A DNA stretch of 64,000 nt, taken from positions 66,954-130,953 of the forward strand of contig JAAEQW010000256.1 of assembly GCA_024231025.1 (NCBI GenBank). Direction: 5' to 3'. Under the pieces are notes generated by a model. That model was given only the letters and a program-made list of their open reading frames with translations, made no database searches and had not been told where the DNA came from. This DNA is from Candidatus Omnitrophota bacterium (GTDB lineage Bacteria; Omnitrophota; Gorgyraeia; Duberdicusellales; 4484-171). Below are positions 39,521-48,690 of this stretch, piece after piece (the first letter of the stretch is position 1; each line of letters begins with the position of its first letter). Made by a program: the position numbers and the translations under genes.

Positions 39521-39660
39521 TAAAATTCCAAATAACAAATCCCAAATCACAAACAAATCACAATGATTAAAATTCAAAACAGGAAAAGACACGTTTTTGG
39601 TCATTTGATATTGGAATTTGGTAATTGTTTGTGATTTGTTTTTTGGAGCTTGTATTTTTT
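39521..39660. repeat. Long hairpin element with ~7-nt periodicity (family B)
   Basis: AAATTCCAAATAACAAATCCCAAATCACAAACAAAT arm pairs with ATTGTTTGTGATTTGTTTTTTGGAG. Confidence 0.75.
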
Positions 39661-39694
39661 GACAATATGATTTCTTAATGGGGGAGGTGAAGGG

Positions 39695-39931
39695 ATGTTG
39701 ATACGCAAAAAAGCGCAAGGAATTTTGGAGTATACCCTGCTTTTAGGGGCAATCATCGCGGTGGTCGTTACGGTAATGATGAAAAAGGATAGCGGTGTAG
39801 CCGCTAGGGTTAAAAAGACTTATGAAAAAGCAGGGACGGCGATTGATAAAACAAATAAAGACTTAAACGTTGGCGTTTTTGCACCACCGGCGAGTACTGT
39901 TCCCGGAGAAGTAACCGTGCGGCGGCGCTGA
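39695..39931 (+). CDS. Flp-like prepilin 3
   Basis: RKKA-QGILEYTLLLGAIIAVVV; strong RBS. Confidence 0.88.
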   Translation: MLIRKKAQGILEYTLLLGAIIAVVVTVMMKKDSGVAARVKKTYEKAGTAIDKTNKDLNVGVFAPPASTVPGEVTVRRR

Positions 39932-39975
39932 TGATGATTAGTATATGGTAATTACGTTTTTAAGGAGGTGAAGCA

Positions 39976-40167
39976 ATGTTGATACGCAAAAAAGCACAGG
40001 GAATTTTGGAGTACACCCTGCTTTTAGGGGCAATCATCGCGGTGGTTGTTACGGTGATGATGAAAGAAGGGGGCGTAGCAAGTAAAGTTTCAGATACTTA
40101 CGAGAAAGCAGCGACGGCAATTGAGACGACAACCGATGATTTAACGTCGGGTGTTTTTGGGCCTTGA
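39976..40167 (+). CDS. Flp-like prepilin 4, paralog of prepilin 3
   Basis: First 30 aa identical to prepilin 3; AGGAGGT RBS. Confidence 0.88.
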   Translation: MLIRKKAQGILEYTLLLGAIIAVVVTVMMKEGGVASKVSDTYEKAATAIETTTDDLTSGVFGP

Positions 40168-40206
40168 TCGATATATAGTAACCATGTTTTTAAGGAGGTG
40201 AAAGAA

Positions 40207-40617
40207 ATGTTATTACGAAAAAAAGCACAATCAACCGCGGAATATGCAATTACCATTGGTTTAGTAGTTGCGGTTGCCGCAGGCATCATGCAAGTTGCCC
40301 TAAAGAATGGAATGCGTCAAAAGAGCAAGGAAGCTAATGATATTTTGCGCCGAGCAGGTACCGCTGCGATGGGGAGTATGGACGTTGACACGACTATTTT
40401 TGGTGGTGCGTCAACGGGTCTTAACCCTGATGCACAAGGGGCGTTTAACGTTTACAACGAAAGTGCGCGCTCAACAGTGGTTGACCAAGAAAGCTATCTT
40501 GATAAAACTATTCTTGAGAAGGGCGGAGCCGAAAAGAAACTTCAACACCGTGAAACGGTAACTACGTCGATGGATGTCGATAATTTTGAAAATGTAAATA
40601 AAGATACTACGCCATAG
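40207..40617 (+). CDS. Prepilin-like protein 5
   Basis: MLLRKKA-QSTAEYAITIGLVVAVAA; AGGAGGT RBS. Confidence 0.85.
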   Translation: MLLRKKAQSTAEYAITIGLVVAVAAGIMQVALKNGMRQKSKEANDILRRAGTAAMGSMDVDTTIFGGASTGLNPDAQGAFNVYNESARSTVVDQESYLDKTILEKGGAEKKLQHRETVTTSMDVDNFENVNKDTTP

Positions 40618-40654
40618 AAAATGAATAATGAAACCTAAAAAGGGGGGTGAAAAA

Positions 40655-41143
40655 ATGTTTTTACGCAAACAAAGAAAGTCGCAATCTATCTTAGAGTACG
40701 CTCTTTTATTGGGGGTAATTGTTGCCGCGATTTTGATTATGCAAACATTCGTTAAAAGAGGTTTTCAAGGGCGAATGAAGGATTCCGCCGATAGAATCGG
40801 CGGCGGTGAAACATTTTCAACTAGTGATACCGCAATTATTAGCACCAATACGATGACTTCTGACCAAGTTATTGTTGACGTTAAGGGCACCGCAGGTGCA
40901 GATGGTGCGATGCATGGTTTACTCACCGATGCGATTGGTGCAAAGCTTGCCGATCAAGCCGTAGTCGATATCGTAGGAAAGGGTGCGGCCGCTGCGAACG
41001 CACGTTTTGGTGGTGACATGACTTCCGAGACATTGCAGAAAACTTCTGATGCAACCAGTGAAGCTTATCGTCAAGCGGATTACACCGAGGCTGTAGTTGA
41101 AGATTTTGAGGATGACGACATTATTGACGCATTTGGTGACTAA
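40655..41143 (+). CDS. Prepilin-like protein 6
   Basis: MFLRKQRKS-QSILEYALLLGVIVAAIL..KRGFQGR; acidic tail. Confidence 0.85.
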   Translation: MFLRKQRKSQSILEYALLLGVIVAAILIMQTFVKRGFQGRMKDSADRIGGGETFSTSDTAIISTNTMTSDQVIVDVKGTAGADGAMHGLLTDAIGAKLADQAVVDIVGKGAAAANARFGGDMTSETLQKTSDATSEAYRQADYTEAVVEDFEDDDIIDAFGD

Positions 41144-41222
41144 ATAGGCCATTGCTTGCGTATAGAGCTTTAGCGGTTTTTGAGTGTGCGCTATGCGCGC
41201 GTGAGCAAAAGGGTAAAGGATT

Positions 41223-41591
41223 ATGAAACTTAGAAAAGGACAGAGCATTTTGGAGTATGCCGTTTTACTTGCGGTGATTATTGCGGCACTGGCGGTTATG
41301 CAGACTTACATTAAGCGAGCCTATCAGGGTCGCCTAAAGCGTGAGGCGGATAATTTGGGCCAGCAATATTCTCCGGGGCACACAGTTACATTAAACGCAA
41401 CTGTGACCGAAAGTGATTCGGTAACCTATAGTGGTGGCAAAACCGACCCTGATGATTCTGATCTTATCGATGGAGAAGTGGAAGTTCCCGATGGGGTAAG
41501 CGTAACCTTTACCAAAACCAGCACGCGTACCGAACGCAGAGAAGGAATAGATTCTTACGCTACAGAGTTTGACGACGAAGATGACGATTAA
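41223..41591 (+). CDS. Prepilin-like protein 7
   Basis: MKLRKG-QSILEYAVLLAVIIAAL..KRAYQGR; acidic tail. Confidence 0.87.
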   Translation: MKLRKGQSILEYAVLLAVIIAALAVMQTYIKRAYQGRLKREADNLGQQYSPGHTVTLNATVTESDSVTYSGGKTDPDDSDLIDGEVEVPDGVSVTFTKTSTRTERREGIDSYATEFDDEDDD

Positions 41592-41663
41592 GATAAGGTT
41601 GTAGCGATTGCATGCAGGTATAATCTTAGTAGATTATACCTGAAGATTATACCAGGAGGACGA

Positions 41664-42170
41664 GTGAGTATGTTTTTGCGCAGGGGCCATAGTGTGATTG
41701 GGTGGATGCTGGTCTTTTCAGTGTTAATTTCGGTTACGGCCCTATTTAGAGCATCTTTAAAGCGCGAAATCGATAAAAAAGCGCGCGCTACCTCTGACTA
41801 TATTTTCTGGACCGGTTGGAAAACCGCAGACGGGACCGAAAATATGGAAGTTCCCCGCGATGACGACATTTTCAAACGCGATAAAAATTCAAAAGCAAAA
41901 ATTGTTGCCCATAACGAACAGAAACAATCTGTCGTCGAACGGAAAAAAGATTTTGTCACGATCGATTACAGTAGAGATCTTGATGGTAAACTGCATTCTG
42001 ATGTGACGAGATATAAAAGGGGTATTAATTATAACTATGAGAATGAGGACGCAAGAAGGATAATTTCTGCAGGAACCGGGAAGAATCAAGAGTATCTTTT
42101 AGATCGATTTGATCTTAATCATGATAAGTTTAAAATGGATGCTTCAGAGGACTTTGACACTGATGAATAG
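41664..42170 (+). CDS. Prepilin-like protein 8 (Gly at +5)
   Basis: LRRG-HSVIGWMLVFSVLISV; AGGAGG RBS. Confidence 0.7.
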   Translation: MSMFLRRGHSVIGWMLVFSVLISVTALFRASLKREIDKKARATSDYIFWTGWKTADGTENMEVPRDDDIFKRDKNSKAKIVAHNEQKQSVVERKKDFVTIDYSRDLDGKLHSDVTRYKRGINYNYENEDARRIISAGTGKNQEYLLDRFDLNHDKFKMDASEDFDTDE

Positions 42171-42966
42171 TAAATTTAAAAAAAGAGTTAGGGCGCAAGC
42201 TATAGCGGAGCTGGCAATTATGGGCAGTTTGATTATGGTTGCCTTCAGTATGATTTTATCTTATGGCCATCGCTTAGACAGAATACAAAACTTAAAAATG
42301 AAAACGTTCAGAGAGGCTCTGCGCAAAGCTTATTATAAAAACAGCACAGTAAACGTTACCAAGCGGGTCGATAGCCGTTCGGTGGATTTATTTAATTTTG
42401 GTAAGGGTCAGCCTTCAACCGCGCAGGCATCGGCGGCGGTAATGTGGCACAAAGGTATGCCGGGTGCGCAAGACACAAATGATGCTGCATTTAGCTTTTA
42501 TAGCATAAATGGTGTATATATTGGAGAGTACGGGTTCGCTGAGACTACTGGGCTTCCTAGGTACCACAAAACAGTTATTGGTGCAACTGGGGCAGAGTCT
42601 GAAATTCATAGTCCGGTGAGCGTTTATCGTGAAGAGTCAAAAAGGTATAGTTTTTATTCTGGAAATAAAGAGAAATCGGAAAGCGAGGATGGCATAGAAA
42701 ACGTTCGCTATGCTGATTTGCGTGACGATCTTGATATAAAAGTTAAAACTCGTTTTGATGCTGCCAAATACGATTCACGATTGGGTCCGGATGATCCCGA
42801 GCAGGAGTCACCTAAATATACACAGCATAGAAAATATGATTTAAAACAAACCGCGGTCTTTGATCCTTTGCTTGATGATGATACAATAACTTACAAAGAT
42901 GTAGAGGATGTCGATAGTGATTATCATGGTATTCATGTTGAAAGAACTCGGCATACGCCAAATTAA
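42163..42966 (+). CDS. TadE-like prepilin protein 9
   Basis: MNSKFKKRVRA-QAIAELAIMGSLIMVAF; start reassigned to ATG 42163. Confidence 0.78.
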   Translation: MNSKFKKRVRAQAIAELAIMGSLIMVAFSMILSYGHRLDRIQNLKMKTFREALRKAYYKNSTVNVTKRVDSRSVDLFNFGKGQPSTAQASAAVMWHKGMPGAQDTNDAAFSFYSINGVYIGEYGFAETTGLPRYHKTVIGATGAESEIHSPVSVYREESKRYSFYSGNKEKSESEDGIENVRYADLRDDLDIKVKTRFDAAKYDSRLGPDDPEQESPKYTQHRKYDLKQTAVFDPLLDDDTITYKDVEDVDSDYHGIHVERTRHTPN

Positions 42967-43145
42967 TGGCAACAAAAATTTTATAAAAATTGGATTGTAA
43001 TTTGTAGTTTGTATATTATAATTTGTTTGTAATTTGTAATTTGTAGTTTGTAAGTTTTAAGTCCGGAAAATTCCGTAAAACGGGAAATCCTTAATTCTTA
43101 TCACTTACGACTTACGACTTATAACTTTACTCACGGGAGGTAAAT

Positions 43146-44825
43146 ATCAGTAAAAGAAGGCACAGTAAAAAAGGTTTCAAGAGGTGGGGTCAATCCATTT
43201 TGGGTTTTGTTTTTGCCTTTATCGCTTTAATGCTTCTTGTAATCGGCCTTACTCGCATTTGGATATGGTTTAACGCTAATTATGCCGGTCGTGCGGTTGG
43301 TTATCAAAATAGTCGGCTTGTTGCCGGAGGTGGAGAGTTAAGATCGGAAGGTGTTGGCAGTAATGCGAAGTTAGCAGAAGCCTATATGAAGGAAAGTATT
43401 CATGGCGAGCAGGGTTACTACGGCACAGAAGGTTACCTGAAAGACTTCAATCGATTTTTTTTAACTAAGGACTGGGTATTTAGGGGGGTTTCTAGCGGTA
43501 CAATTGATGACGGTCTAAGTGGTGGAATCACCGAAGCTGAGATTAATGATTGTTGTGAGGGTTGTTGTTCGGCTACCTCCTATGATAATGATATCTGCTC
43601 TTGTAAGGATCCCGGTGATTGCGGTGTTGGCGATGATTATGATAGTAATTGCGTTTGCCATGCTCATTGTGCCTGTGATGCTTCGGTTGCGGCCCAAATT
43701 TGGCTCTTAGAGAATCAAGCAGGGCTTTTAATTGAACAGGGAAACTCCCTAGAGGATAATGCAAGGTCATTAAGAAAGGCGGCTGGTGAGTGTGATGACC
43801 CCTGGGAGTTGTGTTTTTGGGGTGATTGGGGCAAAACTCCTCGCGAGCTAAGAAGTGCAGCCGCTGAATTAGACGATATGGCCTTAGAATTGTTTCTTGA
43901 GGCTGGCGCTTGGAAGACTACGTTTCATGAGGGTGATAATCCGGCGCATAATGATCAAGGCTACTATACTTTTTCTGATTATCTAGATCATAGAGCTACA
44001 GTAGATGAAAGTATAATAGGCAAAGGCGGAATCACTGATAGGATGCGCGAATGTTGCAAAATAGATGACGCTCCGTCACAAAAAGAATGCATTAATGCTG
44101 CTCGAACCGAAGCAGGAGATAGCTGTGATAGTTTAGTTTACAACTATGAGCTTGAACTAGTTGGCGAGCAAAGAAAATATCTTGAAAAATTGAGTGATGC
44201 AAGAGAGATCCTTGAGGATTTAGAGCCGGCAGTAACTGAGTGTGGCGTGAGTGCTGCTAATGGGTGTAGATCTGCATGCATGGGCAAGTGTACCACTTTT
44301 TGCCGTGATGCTGAAGGTGTTCCCTATGAATGTGTAGATGACGCCTGTTATCGAAATTGCCTCGGTCCGGTTGATGAGTGCACCCACGGTGCTAATTGCT
44401 ATGAGACGTGTTACCCTATTAGAAAAGAGCAATGTTGCCGTGACTATTGCGGTCCGAATTGTAGCGACGGTAATGGGTGGGGAAGAAATTGCGATAGTGC
44501 AGCTCCAATTGAAGCAAGTAGGCAGCATGAAAATGGCTTTATCGGCGGTTTAATTGGTGATACTGATCCCTCTGATAGTGCTGAGGAAATTATTGGAGCT
44601 TTTATTCCCGCGGCAAAGGATCATCTTGAAACAATCATTAGCGCGAAAGAGGCAATAGCGACCTGTTGCGCACAAGAGGCAGAAGATGCGGAAGAGGCAC
44701 AAGAGTTTGAAATCAATGAATTTAGTGAACAAGTAGAGTGTATAAGTGAAAAATTAGGCAACGCGTTGCTTTCTCCGGAGACATTAAAAAAAGGAGAGTA
44801 TGACGAATTCATGGGTGAGGAGTAA
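43146..44825 (+). CDS. Large cysteine-rich prepilin-like protein 10, apparent ATC start
   Basis: The frame upstream of TTG 43200 reads ISKRRHSKKGFKRWG-QSILGFVFAFIALMLL; GGGAGG lies 5 nt before ATC 43146; many CC and CxxxC motifs. Confidence 0.72.
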   Translation: MSKRRHSKKGFKRWGQSILGFVFAFIALMLLVIGLTRIWIWFNANYAGRAVGYQNSRLVAGGGELRSEGVGSNAKLAEAYMKESIHGEQGYYGTEGYLKDFNRFFLTKDWVFRGVSSGTIDDGLSGGITEAEINDCCEGCCSATSYDNDICSCKDPGDCGVGDDYDSNCVCHAHCACDASVAAQIWLLENQAGLLIEQGNSLEDNARSLRKAAGECDDPWELCFWGDWGKTPRELRSAAAELDDMALELFLEAGAWKTTFHEGDNPAHNDQGYYTFSDYLDHRATVDESIIGKGGITDRMRECCKIDDAPSQKECINAARTEAGDSCDSLVYNYELELVGEQRKYLEKLSDAREILEDLEPAVTECGVSAANGCRSACMGKCTTFCRDAEGVPYECVDDACYRNCLGPVDECTHGANCYETCYPIRKEQCCRDYCGPNCSDGNGWGRNCDSAAPIEASRQHENGFIGGLIGDTDPSDSAEEIIGAFIPAAKDHLETIISAKEAIATCCAQEAEDAEEAQEFEINEFSEQVECISEKLGNALLSPETLKKGEYDEFMGEE

Positions 44826-44840
44826 TGAGGTGACTTTATT

Positions 44841-46259
44841 ATGATGGTATTTTTTTCAAAAAACAAAGCTAATTATCGCAAGGGTCAGATTTTTCCCTTT
44901 TTACTTGCCCTGGTTGTTGTGATTATGATTATGTTAATGATTACAGTTAATTTGGGTCGTATTGGTGTGTTTAAAACCGATGTGTCAAATGCTGCTGATG
45001 CCGGTGCATTGGCCGGTGCAAGTGTATTAAGTGCGACTTTGCTTGAAATGGGTCTTAAGAATGACAGTATTTTTGGTTATGCGTTAACAATGTTTGGCTG
45101 TATTATTGTTGCGATAATTGCTTTTATGTATGTTGCAGCAATTGCTTGTGCGATTTCGCTTTTAATAACAATGTGGTCGGAATACTTTATAGTCAAAGGG
45201 GCCGGTGTTGTTGGTTGGGGAAACGCTAAAAAAACAGCGATCCAATATGCTTTTCAGAATGCCGGTATTGATGAACCGCGGCCCAGCTTTAAGCATTTTT
45301 TAGTTAAGGGCTGCGGGTTCTCTGAAGCCGAAGTCACCGAACTTCCACCGAATACAATTTCTGATCGTTACGATGAATATATGAACCAAAAATCTCGTCG
45401 TTCCCGTGACCACGGACGCAGTGGTTTTGGTAGATTTTTGGCAGACGATGAAAATGGTTTTTGGCGCCACACTATTGCTCCGGGTGATCGTCCGCCTCAC
45501 AAAGTGCACGCTGAATACGCTTGGAATAAAGATGGCACCAATTGCTGGGATGACGGTATTTGTAATAACCAGCCATTTGATAGTTGCCCCACTAGAGATC
45601 GTACTGCTGACTCAAGTGATAATTCAATATCACCTGAGTCAGCCTCAGATTGCATGGATAATTACGACTACAGCGTTAAGGTTGAAGTTAGCGGTGTAAA
45701 AATGTATGGAATTAAAATGTGGAGTTTTTTGGAGGGTGCCGAGCTGGTTACTTGTATGATCAACTATGTTTTAGGTAAGATAAACTGGCCGAGTTGGCTG
45801 GAGTGGCTGGGTAGTATTTTAAAGTTTATTATGTCGATATTTGGTTGGTTTCTTAATAAACTAGTTGCTACAATTTCTCCTTCAGGTTTTCGGCTAATGG
45901 GCGGTGATATAGTACAAACTGCCAAAAGTCCCTTAACAGTAACGGTTATAAAAAGAACAAGAGGTGGGAATGTTGGCTTCTGGAATTTTGTCTATGGTAA
46001 TAGCGATAATGAAGTTAGGGCAAGATCATCCGCGGTTGCCGGCTGGAATGAAAATCCTAATAATCCCGGTTTTGATTTTGAAGGGTGCGGTTGTCGAAGC
46101 ATTATTCCCACAGGAGGGTATACAAATTGTAAGGGGGGGGACTTAAAAGTTACCGGATTGTGTAATATACTCGTTGGTCTTCTTAAGGGTGATGCCGATT
46201 GGCAATATATGAATACAAAATATCATTTATTTGAAACTCGTTTAACTGCGGCGCAATAA
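44841..46259 (+). CDS. TadG-like pilus protein 11
   Basis: RKG-QIFPFLLALVVVIM, VNLG, SNAADAGALAGA (Tad_N-type motif). Confidence 0.8.
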   Translation: MMVFFSKNKANYRKGQIFPFLLALVVVIMIMLMITVNLGRIGVFKTDVSNAADAGALAGASVLSATLLEMGLKNDSIFGYALTMFGCIIVAIIAFMYVAAIACAISLLITMWSEYFIVKGAGVVGWGNAKKTAIQYAFQNAGIDEPRPSFKHFLVKGCGFSEAEVTELPPNTISDRYDEYMNQKSRRSRDHGRSGFGRFLADDENGFWRHTIAPGDRPPHKVHAEYAWNKDGTNCWDDGICNNQPFDSCPTRDRTADSSDNSISPESASDCMDNYDYSVKVEVSGVKMYGIKMWSFLEGAELVTCMINYVLGKINWPSWLEWLGSILKFIMSIFGWFLNKLVATISPSGFRLMGGDIVQTAKSPLTVTVIKRTRGGNVGFWNFVYGNSDNEVRARSSAVAGWNENPNNPGFDFEGCGCRSIIPTGGYTNCKGGDLKVTGLCNILVGLLKGDADWQYMNTKYHLFETRLTAAQ

Positions 46260-46261
46260 TT

Positions 46262-47110
46262 ATGGATATAAAAAAGTTAGCCGTGATTTTAAGTTTGTTT
46301 ATTGTTGGTTCGGTTTTTGCGGTGGACTTCCCTATTCCTCAGCCGCCACAAGGGCAAATGATTGACACCCATAGTATTGCTATGGGGGGGATTAATGTTA
46401 CCTCTTATGTTTATAGAAGCAGCAAAAAAAAGAGTGAGTTGGTTGATTACTACAAAGAGTTGTTTGATAAAAAAGAATTCAAACTCATTTTAGATCAAAA
46501 AGATTCCTCACGCGACAAGCGGCTTCTGCGTTATCGGCGCGAAGATTTAGTGATGACAGTTGCGATTTTGCCCAAAGATGGCGAAACTGAAGTTGTAATC
46601 GCAAAGTATATTCAACCTGAAGGAACTGCACCGCCGGAGGAGCGTAAAATGTCTTTTCAGGAAATGCTTGGGCAAATGCCAAAAGAAGACGAGGCCGGGG
46701 GTGATTTGGATGTTGTTCCGCGACCGCCGGATAGTGTGCGCATTCATTCTTATGTTCGAGGAAATGTGGCAGTTATTATTTATAATAGCGCTATTTCAGT
46801 AGAATCGTTAAGGGATTTTTACGATAATCAAATGGGATTGCACGGTTGGAAAAAAAATAAAGATATCGCAACCGGCGAGGTGGCACGTTCTTATAATACT
46901 GAAAAAGGTTTAAAAAAGGCATCGCCGATGGGAATGAGCTTTGCTTCAGATGTAAATGTTGGACAACTTATGCAGGGCGGTCGCAAGTTGCTTTTTCATG
47001 GACGGATGGGTAGTGCCGATATCACCCTATTAAATGCCGGTTCTGAAGATGAACCGCTAACGATAGTAACGATTAATTACAGAGAAGACGAAGAAATATA
47101 CGGAGAGTAG
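46262..47110 (+). CDS. Secreted hypothetical protein in the pilin operon
   Basis: Signal peptide (VFA-V); two similar alpha/beta halves (P.PP...L.DYY / L.DFY). Confidence 0.7.
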   Translation: MDIKKLAVILSLFIVGSVFAVDFPIPQPPQGQMIDTHSIAMGGINVTSYVYRSSKKKSELVDYYKELFDKKEFKLILDQKDSSRDKRLLRYRREDLVMTVAILPKDGETEVVIAKYIQPEGTAPPEERKMSFQEMLGQMPKEDEAGGDLDVVPRPPDSVRIHSYVRGNVAVIIYNSAISVESLRDFYDNQMGLHGWKKNKDIATGEVARSYNTEKGLKKASPMGMSFASDVNVGQLMQGGRKLLFHGRMGSADITLLNAGSEDEPLTIVTINYREDEEIYGE

Positions 47111-47111
47111 C

Positions 47112-47306
47112 ATGTTGCCAAGAAAGAAAAAATTATCACAAGCTGTAATTGGCTATGCTATTTTATTCTGCCTTATAGTATCAGCTTTGCTTATTGTTGG
47201 CCGCTACGTGAGAAATGCTTTTTCCGGTAGAGTCCGCCAAGCCGGTGATTCATTCGGCAGCGGCGAAGTATACGCCCCCTACGGTCCCGATGCCAGTAGG
47301 GATTAG
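47112..47306 (+). CDS. Flp-like prepilin 12 (Gly at +5)
   Basis: RKKKLS-QAVIGYAILFCLIVSALL..RNAFSGR. Confidence 0.78.
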   Translation: MLPRKKKLSQAVIGYAILFCLIVSALLIVGRYVRNAFSGRVRQAGDSFGSGEVYAPYGPDASRD

Positions 47307-47323
47307 AAATAATTATAGAAACC

Positions 47324-47679
47324 ATGCCAGGAAAACGTCGAACCATAAGATTAAAGAATTATAATTACGCCTAAAATGGGATATATTGTGTAACAATATG
47401 CGCGTATAATCGCAAATATTTATTTGGAAGGATAAAAAATAATTGTAGGGGCACAGCGTGCTGTGCCCTCAATAAATATGGTAAAATTATTTATGATGAA
47501 TTGTGGATTTAATCCGTAATATCCATTGAATAATTAATATCGTAGGGGCGAATAATTATTCGCCCGTAAAAACGTCTTCCTTACGTAATTAAAATCCGTA
47601 AATATATTATCGATAATCCCATAAATTGGATTAATGATGATGAAAACAATAAAGAGGGCACAGCACGCTGTGCCCCTAC
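47324..47679 (+). pseudogene. Internally deleted RAYT remnant with three GTAG REPs
   Basis: MPGKRRTIRLKNYNYA*NGIYCVTIC..; REPs at 47445-47469, 47542-47565 and 47655-47679; 3' part matches 22890-22975. Confidence 0.8.
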
Positions 47680-47847
47680 AGATAATCTCATTAAATAATT
47701 ATAAATCGGTTTATTTTTATTGCCCTTCTTTCACGTTCTTAATTACTCCATTCCCTGTTTTTGCTTTACATCCCACCTCTTCAAAAGTATAATGTAATAA
47801 GACTTGAGGGCTGTTGCAAAATACAATAGCCAATTAATAAATAACCT

Positions 47848-48690
47848 ATGACTACAGCAATTTATTTAGCAGTTTTTGTCTCGGCAGTCCTTATCTTTAA
47901 TGTTATCGCCACTTATTTGTTTACCACTTGGTTTAAATGGCAGGCGAAACAGGCAAAGATGATGACAAACAAGCTGGATGATTCCTTTATCTTTCTTGAA
48001 AAGAAAAAGGTAATTGTCTTAACCGCTGCCCCTTTGATTCTAGGCTTTATTACTTACCTTTTATTAGGTAACATATTTATTGCTATTGCCGGTGGCTCTA
48101 TCGGTTTGGCTGTACCAACACTAATCGCTAATGCTGCAAAACAAAAACGAATTAAGGATTTTCAGGATCAGCTAGTCGACACCTTGATGATTTTTTCTTC
48201 TTCTCTTAAGGGCGGTTTAAGTTTTATTCAAGCGCTGGAGATTGTTTGTGAAGAAATGCCCACTCCAACCAGCCAAGAGTTTGGCCTTATATTAAAGGAA
48301 AATAAGCTTGGTGTGGGTTTAGAGGATTCACTGGAAGGATTGCGCAAACGAATGCCTTTAGAAGAGGTTGGGCTTATTGTGAGTTCGATTTTAGTGGCTA
48401 AAGAAACCGGCGGTGAGTTAACCAGGGTTTTTAGCCGTTTGGTTGAGACCATTCGCGATAATGTTAAATTAAAAGAAAAAATAGCAACGCTTACTTTGCA
48501 AGGTAAATTGCAAGGCTACATTATGGCGTGCTTGCCATTTGTTTTTACCTTTTTCGTTTATAAACAGAATCCGGAGCATTTTAGTGTTATGCTGGAGTCT
48601 CAATTTGGCCAGATGCTTCTTGCTGGTGCGATTGTTTGGCAGATAATTGGTATGGTTTTAATCAGAGTAATGAGTAAATTAAAAGTATGA
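47848..48690 (+). CDS. tadB: Tad inner-membrane platform protein TadB
   Basis: SSSLKGGLSFIQAL, SQEF, ETGGEL, LTLQGKLQ. Confidence 0.9.
   Translation: MTTAIYLAVFVSAVLIFNVIATYLFTTWFKWQAKQAKMMTNKLDDSFIFLEKKKVIVLTAAPLILGFITYLLLGNIFIAIAGGSIGLAVPTLIANAAKQKRIKDFQDQLVDTLMIFSSSLKGGLSFIQALEIVCEEMPTPTSQEFGLILKENKLGVGLEDSLEGLRKRMPLEEVGLIVSSILVAKETGGELTRVFSRLVETIRDNVKLKEKIATLTLQGKLQGYIMACLPFVFTFFVYKQNPEHFSVMLESQFGQMLLAGAIVWQIIGMVLIRVMSKLKV

Noticed and set aside
39695-40075. Twin pilin genes as a DGR template/variable repeat pair
   Set aside because: Differences in the shared part are synonymous and not adenine-specific, and the window has no reverse transcriptase.
41615-41653. Hairpin CAGGTATAATCT/AGATTATACCTG with a partial duplicate before prepilin 8
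   Set aside because: Single occurrence with no U-tract; too little evidence to assign a function.
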